The notes: a model not told the origin generated them from the letters alone. A stretch of 63,069 nucleotides of DNA, filler included, from Folioceros fuciformis (GCA_049999805.1; 10 parts of 10 records of this genome joined end to end with filler, not necessarily neighbours in it); one strand, 5' to 3'; shown: positions 1 through 11,364, numbered from the whole stretch's first letter. Program-made: numbers and translations.

Positions 1-1573
1 GCAAGCTGCGCACTCAAACTCGTCTCAGTCTGCTGAAGCACAACCCGCTCCTTTTCCAGCAACTTTCTAGACTCCTCTAGATCCTTCTCAACCTGTTTGA
101 GCGAAACATCTTTCTCATTGACAAATTCCTCTGTTCTAGCCAGGAGGCGTTCCCCATCAAGCAATCTTTCCTGGCTTTCCTGCAACTTCTTCTCCCATTC
201 TTTCAACGCCTTCTCTTCAAGAGCAAGTTCTGCTCTGCGTGCCTCCATCCTGCAAAAACTCCAAAAATTCAATCGCAGTTGATAAAAACTCTCTATTATC
301 ATTACAGCAGGGCAGACGAACTCTGCAAATTGTGAGAACAATGTTCAACTATTTCCATCCATGACGGAACTACATGGACACACTCACTCAGTCTTGAAAC
401 TCTGCCGTTCCCTCCTTAGGGCACCCTCACGAGCCTCCACCTCATGCAACTTCCTGTCAGCATCAGCCTGTTTCCGACTAGCTTCTGCTCTCAAAGCTTC
501 TGCGGCATGACCCTTCGAATCTGCGACTAGAGCCTTTTCATCAATACCAGCTGTTATCTCCCGGGCTTCAGCAAGCCGCTTTTCAGCAGCCTGTTTCACT
601 TCCGCTACTTCAGCTTGCATTTCCTTCAACGACTTCTCTAGCTGCAGACACAGTTGAGAAGGCTCAGAGACGGCAGTTCAGCANNNNNNNNNNNNNNNNN
701 NNNNNNNNNNNNNNNNNNNNNNNNNNNNNNNNNNNNNNNNNNNNNNNNNNNNNNNNNNNNNNNNNNNNNNNNNNNNNNNNNNNCAGCAACACATTGCTTC
801 TCGATTTGCAACGACTTCTTGAGGACATTCTCCCGTTTCTCAACTTCCTCTAGGGCAGCCAAGTAGGCAGCTTGCTCCCTCCGCAGGTTCTCTTCTCCAT
901 TTGACACTGCAGCCTTCAGATCGTCAAACTTGGTATTCCAGGTCTTGCGCTCCAGCAGAAGCATCCCCATATTGTACTGGTAGTCGTACAGCTACATCAC
1001 ACCAAAACAGTTTAGTCCTCCAAAGACCAGTCTTACCGCCAAATTCCTCTCATCCAAGAATCACAGAGCTTAGCGTTCCCACGTATTCAAGTACAAGGGC
1101 CTTGTCACCACGTAGTCCAGCAAGCCACTCCATTCTGCACGAGAAAACCTAGTTGAAACGAAACTTGACTCCCTCCAAACAGACCCTGCGCCAAAAACGA
1201 CCGTACCAACCTCGGCTTCCAGACTAGCGATGCGGTCTTGCAGAGCCGCCCTATCCTTCCGCTCCAGCGACTCCTCATCCAGCGCCCCGGCTTCCTGGAA
1301 CCGCCTCCAAATCTCCGGCTCCGACTTGCCCTCCTCAAGCAGCCCGTTGGCCTCCAAGATTGAGCCCACGGGAGGGCCTTGCACCACAACCTGCTGCTCC
1401 ACAACGGTCTTTTCCACCCTGCGTGCATCCCTGACAGTCCCCCCGCTGGTAGGGGTGGCCATTTCCCGGAGCTCGGGAGACGAGACGAGCTTGGCCTTGT
1501 CCCGCAGCTCCCTCCTCTCGGCCGACGGAAGGCCAGCCCAGGCGGGCGTGGCCTTCCGTAGGGGAGTGTACAT
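1..1573 (-). CDS. NMCP1: NMCP/CRWN (plant nuclear lamina) N-terminal head and coiled-coil, exons 1-4a of a chimeric gene (1573-1211, 991-~782, 641-388, 249-1)
   Basis: Translation MYTPLRK...WRRFQEAGALDEESLERKDRAAL..LEAE|LYDYQYNMGMLLLERK..EKQCVA|LEKSLKEM..|..LKEWEKKLQESQERL matches the conserved NMCP/CRWN N-terminus. GT-AG boundaries keep frame; the exon 2 donor lies in the N gap at 684-783. Confidence 0.93.
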
Positions 1574-2528
1574 CAAACTGCTCCGCTTCCAGCCAGCCTA
1601 CACCCTGTGACTCCACCCAGCCCTGCCTGCCCCGCTCCCAATGCACCTCTTAGGCCGGCATCCCCCGCCAAGCCCCGCTTCTTTCACAGCCTCCCAAGGG
1701 CAGAAAGAAGCCGCATGCCTGCACCACACGCTGACCCTGCGAGCTGGAATCCCGTTGCACCTGATTCCCAACACCCCGAAGTGGCAAGTGCAGCAAGAAA
1801 ATGTGGCCAGTGCAGCGCGCAGCTCCTGTACGGCCGCTCGTATCAACAGTGCCGCACCGCAATCACGCTACTGTGCCACTCAGATGTGGCTGCGCGTTGG
1901 GATCGAGGTCGCTTCCTTACTTCCAACGTTCCCCTGGCGATTCTGGCGTAAGGCCTTCTGCCGCCCGGTTCGACTTGTTTCCTACCCTCACACCCTCAAC
2001 CGGACTCATCACCGGAATACTGTACGAATAAATACTGTACGAGGGTACGTAAAACGCACACAGAGGTTTCACATTGTTTTATCTGCTTCATAATACAGGC
2101 TTTTATCGTGAACCACGTCACAGGGATAGCATAAATTGCAATTTTTATCACGGACCTAACCAAAACATATTTGTTTCCAGCGCTACAAGATTCCTAACTA
2201 CTTGCCCAATACCAAAAAAAACCACAAGGTTTAAATTCATCGATTTCTGCACAAACAGTGAGACACTCCTCCTTTTCTGCATCAAGCATGAACATGGTTA
2301 GGTGCTCTGCTCCTCCAGCATATTCGCCACTTCCTAGCCTACTTCAAGCACTTCTCCATTGCTGTTGCCTTGCTCTTCACTCCCTTCGTCGACATCGCAT
2401 GACTACGAATGCTTGCGAGAAATCCTTCGCTTCCCGCTGCTCCCTGCATCAAAAGGGGACACTCCTACTTTCCACGAAGTGGGATCTCGTTCTCTTCCCA
2501 CGACGCTGATTACGACAAAGTGTGATAC

Positions 2529-4048
2529 TCAGCATTGGAGAAAGGGGGGCTTCGACCACCTAGTGGGAATTGCATACCAAGGAGGAGGATTCGGACACAA
2601 CACATCGCCCGGCAAGTGTCCCACTTGCTGGCAATCCCTACAAGGATATGCAGACCATGGAGGAGGATTCGGACACACCACACTACCTGGCATGTGTCCC
2701 ACATGCTGGCAATCCCTACAAGGATTTGCATACCGTGGAGGAGGATTCGGACACACCACACTACCCGGCACATGTCCCATTCGCTTGCAGTCTTGGTTCC
2801 CTTGTTCCGGGGGGACAGCGCAGGAATTCCATTCGTGACGCACATTGCCACAGTTCGAGCACACCACAGTCCGGGCTGTAGAATTTTTTGGGTTTCCCAA
2901 ACCCGCGCCTGAAAATGGCCGGGACTCCTCCCACTGCTCTCCGGGTTCCCCTCGGTAGTCATACTCCACTTGACGAGCGTTGCGATTCGGGTCGTTGATC
3001 TTGGAGTGCCGCGTGTGGAAGTCACTCGTCAACTCCACAGTCGTTGCAGCCTCCTGATCGCTTCGCCGTTTGTGCCTGTTCTTCGTATTCTTCTTCTCCT
3101 TCTTTTCTCTCTTGCTGTCCTCTTCAGAAGAAGATTCTTTCTCCGACTCCTCCTTGCTGGAGATTTCTTCCTCAGACGACAACTCCTGCTCGGAGTCCTG
3201 CTCCGAGTCCCCCTTCTTCCGGTCTCGCATCTGTTGCCTTAGCTTCCTTTCCTGCCTCGCCCACTCGTAACACTCCGCGGCCTCAATTGCCTTGGTCATG
3301 TCTTCCTTCCCGTACAGTCGAACCTCCCGACCCATGGATTGAGACAGGCCCCGCGAGAACCACACCACGTCCTCCGCTGAACAACGCGTGCGGACGAGAT
3401 TCGCGAGAGAATAAAACCGCCGAATGTACGCATCCAGCGTCTCCTTCTTTCTCCTCCGAAGACAGTCCAGTCTCGACAGCGCGTACCTTTCGTGCCGTAT
3501 AGCAAGCAACGCCTCTCTTGACTTCAACGGCCCATCCACGGTTTCCAAGCCATCCCTCTCCTTCGTAATAGAGGCTTCAGTCTCCTTCTCACGTTGCTCA
3601 AGTACCTGAAATTTTGACGGCCAAAAAACGGATCAGTGGTCGCGTGCTACTGATTTTGCCCTCCTCACAGCAACCGAGTCTTGCATCGTTCTAGACTAAT
3701 GATCAAACTAATTAAGGATCGTACCCTTTCACGGCTGGAGAGCACCTCTTCAGACAGAACCAGCTCCTGCTGTTTCTTATTGATTGATACCTCCCTTCCC
3801 ATTGCATTCTGTACAGCAAAGAACGCGATTCCCAACCCGTCAGTCTGCCACCCACGAATTGACGAGTAGGAGATACCCATACAATCCCCACATACCTCAA
3901 AACTTCTCGTGATGAACGACAGGAATGCACCCCACCCCAGATAACGCAAACCTAATCATGATCAACAACACGAATGCAGTCCCCAACACCATCAAGCCAT
4001 CACCTCCTCTCGTAAGTTGATTGCTGCAAGCTGCGCACTCAAACTCGT
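2529..4048 (-). CDS. 3' part of the same chimeric gene: NMCP exons 4b (4025-4004), 5 (3808-3725) and 6 (3605-2529), the last running into a retrotransposon Gag capsid-like domain and CCHC zinc knuckles
   Basis: 4026-4048 equals 1-23, so exon 4 continues in frame (..SAQLAAINLREE|GT). Exon 5 NAMGREVSINKKQQELVLSEEVLSSRER is NMCP-like. Exon 6 starts VLEQREKE.. then LRRRKKETLDAYIRRFYSLA..WFSRGL..AIEAAE (Gag-like) and CSNCGNVRHEWNSC, CRDCQHVGHMPGSVVCP knuckles; no internal stop. Confidence 0.8.
2569..2790. repeat. 78-bp in-frame tandem repeat (~3 copies) encoding the zinc-knuckle array
   Basis: ggaggaggattcggacac recurs at 2581, 2659 and 2737; 26-aa unit CRDCQHVGHMPGSVVCPNPPPWSAYP on the minus strand. 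Confidence 0.92.
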
Positions 4049-4148
4049 NNNNNNNNNNNNNNNNNNNNNNNNNNNNNNNNNNNNNNNNNNNNTTAATTAA
4101 TTAANNNNNNNNNNNNNNNNNNNNNNNNNNNNNNNNNNNNNNNNNNNN
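4049..4148. other. Artificial scaffold spacer (N-TTAATTAATTAA-N)
   Basis: Six-frame stop linker flanked by N runs, 100 bp in total; identical spacers occur at 12316-12415, 17795-17894, 20376-20475, 29093-29192, 33657-33756, 41085-41184, 45698-45797 and 55030-55129. Confidence 0.97.
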
Positions 4149-4931
4149 TCGTGTGTACCAATAGCTCCTGCGGTCCAATCTAGGCTTTCTACCATCATTT
4201 CAAGAGAATGCAAGCCATTCACAAAATTCTTATGTTTTGTAACGCCCATCTTTATAGAAGAGCCATAAATGGTCTTGAAACTAGTTAATGTGAGAACATC
4301 TTGATTTCTTTCTAAGATCTTAGTTTTCTTTTTCATTGGAGAAAAAAAGCTTTTACTCATTCTTTTAACATTTTAATTTTCTTCCTAGTAGGAAAACAAG
4401 CTTGACAGGTAAGTTCTTTTTTGATGGCTTCCAATTAAGTGCTTCCTAGATTAGTTCTCATACATTCTAAAGAAACATATTGCCCATTTTTCACATAAAT
4501 CTTTTCATTCTTTCAATTGTACAAAACTAATATTGAAAGGCTATAGGANNNNNNNNNNNNNNNNNNNNNNNNNNNNNNNNNNNNNNNNNNNNNNNNNNNN
4601 NNNNNNNNNNNNNNNNNNNNNNNNNNNNNNNNNNNNNNNNNNNNNNNNCAGCTGCACAGCTGGCAAGATTCCAACTGCTTCGGCTAGGTCGTAAGGTAGG
4701 TTTTAAGCCTCTGAAACACGCCGAAATAAAGGAGAAACACGCCGAAATAAAGGAGAAACACGACTGGTCATGTTGTACTCCCACGACGTCGTCTCCCTGG
4801 TCAAGTGACCTGTGACAAACCCGGCAAGGAATGTTTCACAAAAAAACAAGGCGATTTGAATGCAATCTTCATTCATCTCGTCAGCCAGGCGATGCCAGAG
4901 CGCAGGCAGGATGTGTGACTGTAGACATACC

Positions 4932-6436
4932 TGTGGGCACTGCTGGGAGTCTGGGACAGATCTTATGTTCTGTCGAGCCGCTGCAATAGGGCAGGCATCT
5001 AGGCAGGGGGTGGAAAGTGCCTTGTCCTGTTCACGGGCTTGGGGCTGCACGCCAAACTTGAACTGGACAAGAATATCGAAAGAATGATGAGTTACACAAT
5101 CAGGCACGGTTTGTGCGCATACAAGGTGTGGTGTGAGTGATAAGCATATGAGAGGTCACGAACAGACTTGGCAGCTGAAATCCTCATAATTTGGCTCAAT
5201 GGTGAGAGGTACACCCATGTCTCCCATGATAAACACCTGAACACCCGAGGCCGCGGTTACCATCTGCGCATTTTCTGTTACATGGACTGCTTACAAGGGA
5301 CGAAGGATCGACTCACCTGGGTAGGCATCTTGCATGTGTGAATACAGATGCCCGCGCACTTGCTCTCTTGCAAGTACTTGCACTTCTCTACCAAAACCTG
5401 CACCGAGCCGTGTAAGGAGAGCTGCTGAGCTAGAACCCACAACTATGTAAATGTTCAGGAGTAGATGTTTACTCCGCTCCGCAGCGTCGACCCGTCTGCT
5501 AGTTGCACCTCGGTCATCGTGCAGCGCCCCATGAGCCATTGGCAGGTGGCCTGCGTAACTCTTGCTGCACATAACATGCAATGCCGTCAGCAGACTTATA
5601 GGACTAGGGTCTGAGAGGGCCAGAAGAGAGTGGGAATCTTGAGAGGGGCAGAGCTCATGGTGTGTCTTGCCACCTAAAAGAATAGCCGCAGGTTTGCCAT
5701 CAGCTATAGGTGGAACGAGGCGCTTGAAAAGAGGCAGCAAATGTGGAGGAAACAGTGATCTCAAAATCCGGACCTGCACTTCCCAAGGTCAGCCTGCATG
5801 CGAAAGGAAGCAGCGAAGACAATGCTACCACAACATGGAACGGGAGCGATCACCGTTGCTTCCTCCACCTCTGTCTTGGTACGATGCTTCCGGAGAAGGC
5901 GCTTAGACTCCTCTATCAGGCCCTCATATTCTGGATTGCTGGCTTTCCATCCCAACTCCTGGAAAGAGTGGAACAGATGGGTGACATTCCAACCTGCAGG
6001 GCTTGATTACTCGTAGTTCAACAGCAACTGCGCTCAGGGACACACCTGCTGACACTGGCTTCGGAACATTCTGTAAAAGATGTCATCCAGGAAGGTGTTT
6101 TGGTAAGGAGTGGCTTTCGAAGCGGACGACGAAGGTGGCGTTTCCACCTGCAAGAATGTGCCACAACACTGTGAGCTGCCGCCAATAGATTAGGGGATTG
6201 GAAAGCAGTTCCAAGAGGTGCGTAGGAGCAGAGACCAGCTGCGCCCGAGCTTGCATTAAAGGACGCCAGCTGTAGCTCCAGCGCCTGCTCTTGTGCGTAC
6301 TTCTGCATCCGTGCCCGCAGAATTGGACCTGGGAATTGAACGACAGGGAAGACGAGGAGGAACACGAAGGAAGGGAGAATGGTCCCCCACGGCCGGCCAC
6401 CACAGCCAAATGCTGCCCCCATGCAGCTGCCGCCAT
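4932..6436 (-). CDS. Beta-carotene isomerase DWARF27-like protein (D27-like, plastid), multi-exon; exact 3' end uncertain
   Basis: Spliced translation: transit-like MAAAAWGQH.., YQNTFLDDIFYRMFR, ELGWKASNPEYEGLIE, VRILRSLFPPHLL, ARVTQATCQWLMGRC, VLVEKCKYLQESKCAGICIHTCKMPTQ, MGVPLTIEPNYEDFSCQ|FKFGVQP, the diagnostic D27 Cys motifs. Confidence 0.9.
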
Positions 6437-6731
6437 GACTGCAGCTCGGTCTGCGATTTGCGATCCTGAGAGTTACCTGGGTACTGGCAATGGAAGGGGC
6501 GTAAAATGGCAACTTCAACTGCAGACACGGTATCACTGTGTGCAGCATACAAGGCAGCCGCAGCAAGGCCGGACAAAAGTGGCGGACCCCACACGAAAGA
6601 TGTGGTTTGCACTGAGGCAGGGATGGGGAACGAGGACAAGTGGAGTTGGGAGATGCCCTAAACCATTCCGCATCACTCCACTCCAAGTCATTTCACGGTG
6701 TCCACCCAAATCTAGTGCACATCTGGAAGCT

Positions 6732-8490
6732 ATGGCGGTTGCTCTTACTCAGCAGCTGCATCTGGCCCTGCCTCGCTCGTCCCCTTTCTCCGTGGAGCGC
6801 TCCTCTACAGGCCAGAGCCAGCAGTTTCGCCCGCGGACGGTCTTGCTCATTGTGCCTTCTCACGTCTCTGTGAAATCACCCGTCGTTCTTAGAGGATGGG
6901 CTTGCAAAGCCAGCTCCTCCTCCGCAACCAGCACCAGCACGGCGCAGTTTGCCAAAGAGATGGAGCGAGTAGCTGCCAAGGAGGCCCTTCTTTTGGCGGT
7001 TGGTCTCTATTCATTCTTTTGCTGTAGCAAGGACTACCTAGAAGGACTGTAGTTTTGCTGTGGCAAGGACTACCTAGCAGGATTGCAGATGCCACCGGCG
7101 CAGGGTAAATGTAGTTCCTCCTTGCTCGGATGCCCACCGTTCTCTCCGTTGCCCTACTTTGTCATGTCGTCCAAACCGCCTACCACCGTGTTGCCGTGCA
7201 GATCAAGGACACGGGTGGCGTGGAAGCATTTAGTTCAGGTACTGGGAGTGATAGTGGGCGCGTTGATGTCAATGAGAAAATACTCAGCTTGGAACGCTTG
7301 AATCCCACCCCCAGACCAACCACGTACGCATTCACGTTTGCCCTTTCCTTTGAGCACGCCTCACTCATGTACCCTCCGCATTGTCGTCACCGACTTGGCT
7401 GAAAGGAACCAGAAGAGGAGCTGCCGGTTATGTGCTGTTGCAAACAGCATGACAAGTGCAGGTCATTTCTGCACATGAGACAATGTGGATTTCATTTCCT
7501 TGGCCTTGTTGTTGCAGCTCTCCGTTGCTGGAGGGTGTGTGGTCCTTCCAATGGGCTGGAGCCAATTCACCTGGCCTAAGAGCTGCTCGACTGGTGTTGC
7601 AGTAGGTGTCACACAAGTCGAGACACTCCTGCTTTGCTTCTTTCTGCTGAAGATTGCAAATGCCTAATTTCTCAGGATGCTGCTACTTCCAGGAGGTTCC
7701 CGTCAGCATTCGTAAATATCAGTTCACTGACTGTCACGATTACAGAAGAAGGTGCAACTGTTGTAGCATCAGTCAATCTTTTCAATAGCGTAAGTTCACT
7801 CTTATGGTTGGGGACAGGGCTGCTAGTGCACTTGGATCCAGCAGTCACCGTTTTCAGTGACCTAGGCTGCCTAAATCTTTGATTTCACGGCGTGTGAGGC
7901 CATGTTCGGAACTTGTTGTCATCTGTGGCTCGCAGATAAAGAGCAGTGTGAGGTTAAGTACCAAGTTGGTTGTAGAGGGGCCAATGAGGTTGAAGGAAGA
8001 ATACGTGGAGGGAACGGTGGAGACTCCTGCCGTTGCTGAGGGCACAGTGCCACCACAGTTGAAAGGTGTGGTCGACCAACTGCTTGGTGCTTATCAGAAC
8101 TTCCCCGAAACGGTGAAGCAGACAGTCAACGACGGTTTGAAATTACCTCTTTGTATGCCTGTGATCTTTTCGCCAGCTTGTTTTATGCTTCCTGGCCTTT
8201 GTTCCACAACAGGTACAACGTTTCGAGTGCTGAAAATGCTCTAACTTGAACTGCAGCCGGTACGTACTCAAGGCAGCTGCTTATTTCTTATCTGGATGAA
8301 GAGATTCTGGTGAGTTTCACAGAAAAAATTAGTGAATCAGGGTCGTTCGTTCCTCTTAAATCTCACTGATGTCAGGAGCTCCCGCTGCACACAGGTAGTA
8401 AGAGATCAGAAAGGAGCGCCCGATGTGCTTTCGCGCGTTGGCGGTAACGGAGATGGAAACAGTGAAGCGTTGCCCGAGTATTTGAGCTGA
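6732..8490 (+). CDS. FBN7: Plastid lipid-associated protein / fibrillin, FBN7 (PGL34) type, 7 exons
   Basis: FAKEMERVAAKEALLLA|IKDTGGVEA..VDVNEKILSLERLNPTPRPTT|SPLLEGVWSFQW..|RFPS..|VEGPMRLKEEYVEG..|ISYLDEEIL|VVRDQKGAPDVLSRV..EYLS*; GT-AG introns. Confidence 0.9.
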
Positions 8491-8622
8491 CTTCAATCGA
8501 AGCCGATGTTGGAAGACAAGGAACTCAATGTTAACGACTACTTGGTCTATAAAGCTTGTAGACCTTGCTGCTGTCAATAATTCTAACGGCAAAAACGTGG
8601 ACAATAATTGTCAATTTTCAGC

Positions 8623-9540
8623 TCACTTTTCTTCCGCACAGTCCATATCGGTATCGTCGTCCTTGTCCTTGTCCTTTTCTGTGCCAGGAGCCTCGACGCC
8701 AGGAGCGGCAGGCGTGAGGTCTTCGATTGCCTCCAAAAATCCAGTCACGGAGTACACGAATGTGGAGGGATGAATCCCGAACTGCGTGAGATCAATCTGG
8801 CCGCTCCGAACAGCTGCAGTGAAGGCATCCAGCTGCTGCTGGAACTGCGGACTAGGCATCAGATCGGCAATGTCTTGCAGCGTTCGCATGCCTTCTGGCA
8901 AGTAAGGCGCAAGCCTTTCGTCCACCACGCGCTGCTCCAGCAGCGGCAGCACTATTTCAGGCCTGAAGATGTCAGAGAATCCGGGACCATGATCCTTCAG
9001 CTGCTGCGCCTGGGCCTGCGCGGACAGCTGCGGGGCTCCACCCTGCTGCTGCTGGCTGAGGTTGTTAAGTATGCGCTGGAGATCGATGAGCTGCACGGGC
9101 GCAGCCACCGGCTCTGGCTCCGACTCCGGCTCGAGGTCCTGACCGGGTAGGGGCCGGTCCGAGTCGGAATCGTCCTCGTTGAGAATGTGGTTCACCTGGC
9201 GGCAAAGCTCCTGGTCATCTTGCGCTGCTGGCCGGCCCTGCATCCAGTAGAAGAACTTGCGGGAGTCGTGCAGGAAGCGCAGGATGTAGACCCTGCCCGG
9301 GGACTGCGTCACCTTCTCGAACACTGCCTCGTGGGGGAAGACGAGTTGGTCGTCCTCCACCTCACCACCGGCTCCCTCCCACCGAACATGCAGCAGAGAG
9401 TCAGGCGGCAGTCGTATAAGGCGTAGCAGGCCCTTGCGCGTGTCCGGTACCACTCGCGTGCCCTCCAGAGTCATGCGCCCCGCTTTTATCTCCAGAAGCA
9501 CCTGCGCTTCCTCTTGCTCCTGCTCCGGCTCCGCCTCCAT
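8623..9540 (-). CDS. RPN13: 26S proteasome ubiquitin receptor RPN13/ADRM1, single exon, 305 aa
   Basis: Pru domain motifs LLEIKAGRM, PDTRKGLLR, VFPHEAVFEKV, GRVYILRF, FFYWMQ; C-terminal SPQFQQQLDAFTAAVRSGQIDL. Confidence 0.93.
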   Translation of the reverse strand: MEAEPEQEQEEAQVLLEIKAGRMTLEGTRVVPDTRKGLLRLIRLPPDSLLHVRWEGAGGEVEDDQLVFPHEAVFEKVTQSPGRVYILRFLHDSRKFFYWMQGRPAAQDDQELCRQVNHILNEDDSDSDRPLPGQDLEPESEPEPVAAPVQLIDLQRILNNLSQQQQGGAPQLSAQAQAQQLKDHGPGFSDIFRPEIVLPLLEQRVVDERLAPYLPEGMRTLQDIADLMPSPQFQQQLDAFTAAVRSGQIDLTQFGIHPSTFVYSVTGFLEAIEDLTPAAPGVEAPGTEKDKDKDDDTDMDCAEEK

Positions 9541-11364
9541 TGCTCCTCACCTGTGCCACCACGGCGTGCTAGCCACCAACCTAGGTTAGAGCGCCATCAA
9601 TGGTTTCGATCACCACCGCTGCACTAGGGGTCATTCACCGTCTGTGCGTTAGGTTGCTACTAGGTACACAAATGACAGTTGTTTACGTGAATGGACAAAA
9701 AATAGAGATATGCACAAATAGGTAGAGATAAAATATTAGTTTGAATTAAACCCGCTAGTTAAGCCAGTACCAGAGGAAAGTCTTATCGCTGTATCCGGGT
9801 TAACCCTAGGGTGACCGGGCGCTATTTTCTTAAAACTTGATCACATTAGGTTCTAGTCAGAGTTTGTCAAGCATGCAGCATCAGGTTGAGTAAGCCTGGA
9901 AAATAGGCTTATCAATTAATAATTTTACTAGTGAATTAAAACACCTTAAATGCTACCGCCAACCAAGAATTGGAAAAAGAGGTCCAGTACATATATGGAT
10001 TTTTATCCTTATTATAAATGATATAAATTCATAAAATAATAGTGACATTTGCAAATTCAAATTCAGCTGGCCACTAGGCCCAACATACATATATAGCTTC
10101 TAGCTGCTATGATATTTTGGTATAGCATTTGTTTTTTCTATTTTGATATTAACCTACTAGATAATATTCATAAAATATAATATTCCTTTCACATATTTTC
10201 TTTCAATAAAATATACAGCATTTCAAGAATGTTATTTCTATAATCATTTTGGTCCTTCTTATATTATGCCTAATATTCTAACACTAATATTTATGGACAA
10301 ATCCTTATGTCTATGCCCATTCATATACCACATATGATATAGCATTTACATGTTACACGATATACATAGGTCACATACACAAACACATGCCATGCACCTT
10401 TGCCATTATCCATTATGTTGCCCTGGCTATACAACCTACAACTTTATTATGAAAAAAGCTTCTTAACAATCCATGATATAACAGTGCTTTAGGAAGCATC
10501 TCCTCCAAAAACTACCCTTAACACTATGGAATTCAAAACCTTCCAACATTTTGATTAATGGATCCTTATGAGAGGAGCAAATGTTTTAAAGAAAAAAGCA
10601 AGCACAATGCACCTATTACTCGTCTGCGCCATGAATCAAGCTACGAACCCACCTCTTGATCACAATCACGCACTCTCTATGTCTCCCATCACGTAACTCT
10701 AAGTTGCTTGGCCTTGCCTTCCTCACCTCACCTTGAGCTCAAGCAATTGAGTCAAGTTAGAGATTAAAAAACAGTAGCAATACTCTCATAAATACAATTG
10801 GATAGTTCTTTTGAGGCAGTGTTATTCTCATTGGCTCTAGAGAGATGATCAACAATGGTGGCTCCAATCGTAAACAGAGAGGGGTTGTGTATATGCAATT
10901 CTCACGTTGTGCATACAAGAGAAATGGACTTCGTGGTCATACAAGAGAAATGGAGTTGGTGGTCATGTGAACCATATAAAATGAAAGCACTTTTACCATT
11001 CCAACCACATTATGGTTTTCGTCAAACACGCTTTGTAATGGTTGGAGGATACACAATATGTGCTTGCACAGTTGTGGTTTAAACATTTTACAATTAAGGG
11101 TGCACTCCCTTGGCACAAAGGCAAGCCTTCCTCACTTTCCTGTCATGAAGGCAAGCCCTATGTACAACACCCCTATTATCATAGCACTATAGTGCGACCC
11201 ATAACATGAGAAATTTGCAAGGGGGGAGTGCCCTACCCCACTTAGAAAGGGAGTACACCTTCTTGATGAAAAAGGTACCCTTCTTTAAACATCAAAAACC
11301 GGTGGTCATTGATCATCGCAGACCCCCTTGCTTGCTTACGCAAAGCCTAAAACACATATTAGAT

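Noticed and set aside
2359-2838. Plus-strand ORF with GGGFGH/CPTC repeats
   Set aside because: Antisense shadow of the zinc-knuckle repeat; the minus-strand frame is continuous with the Gag-like and NMCP exons.
4093-4104. Recurrent palindrome TTAATTAATTAA (9 copies)
   Set aside because: Always centred in a 100-bp N block; an artificial six-frame-stop scaffold linker.
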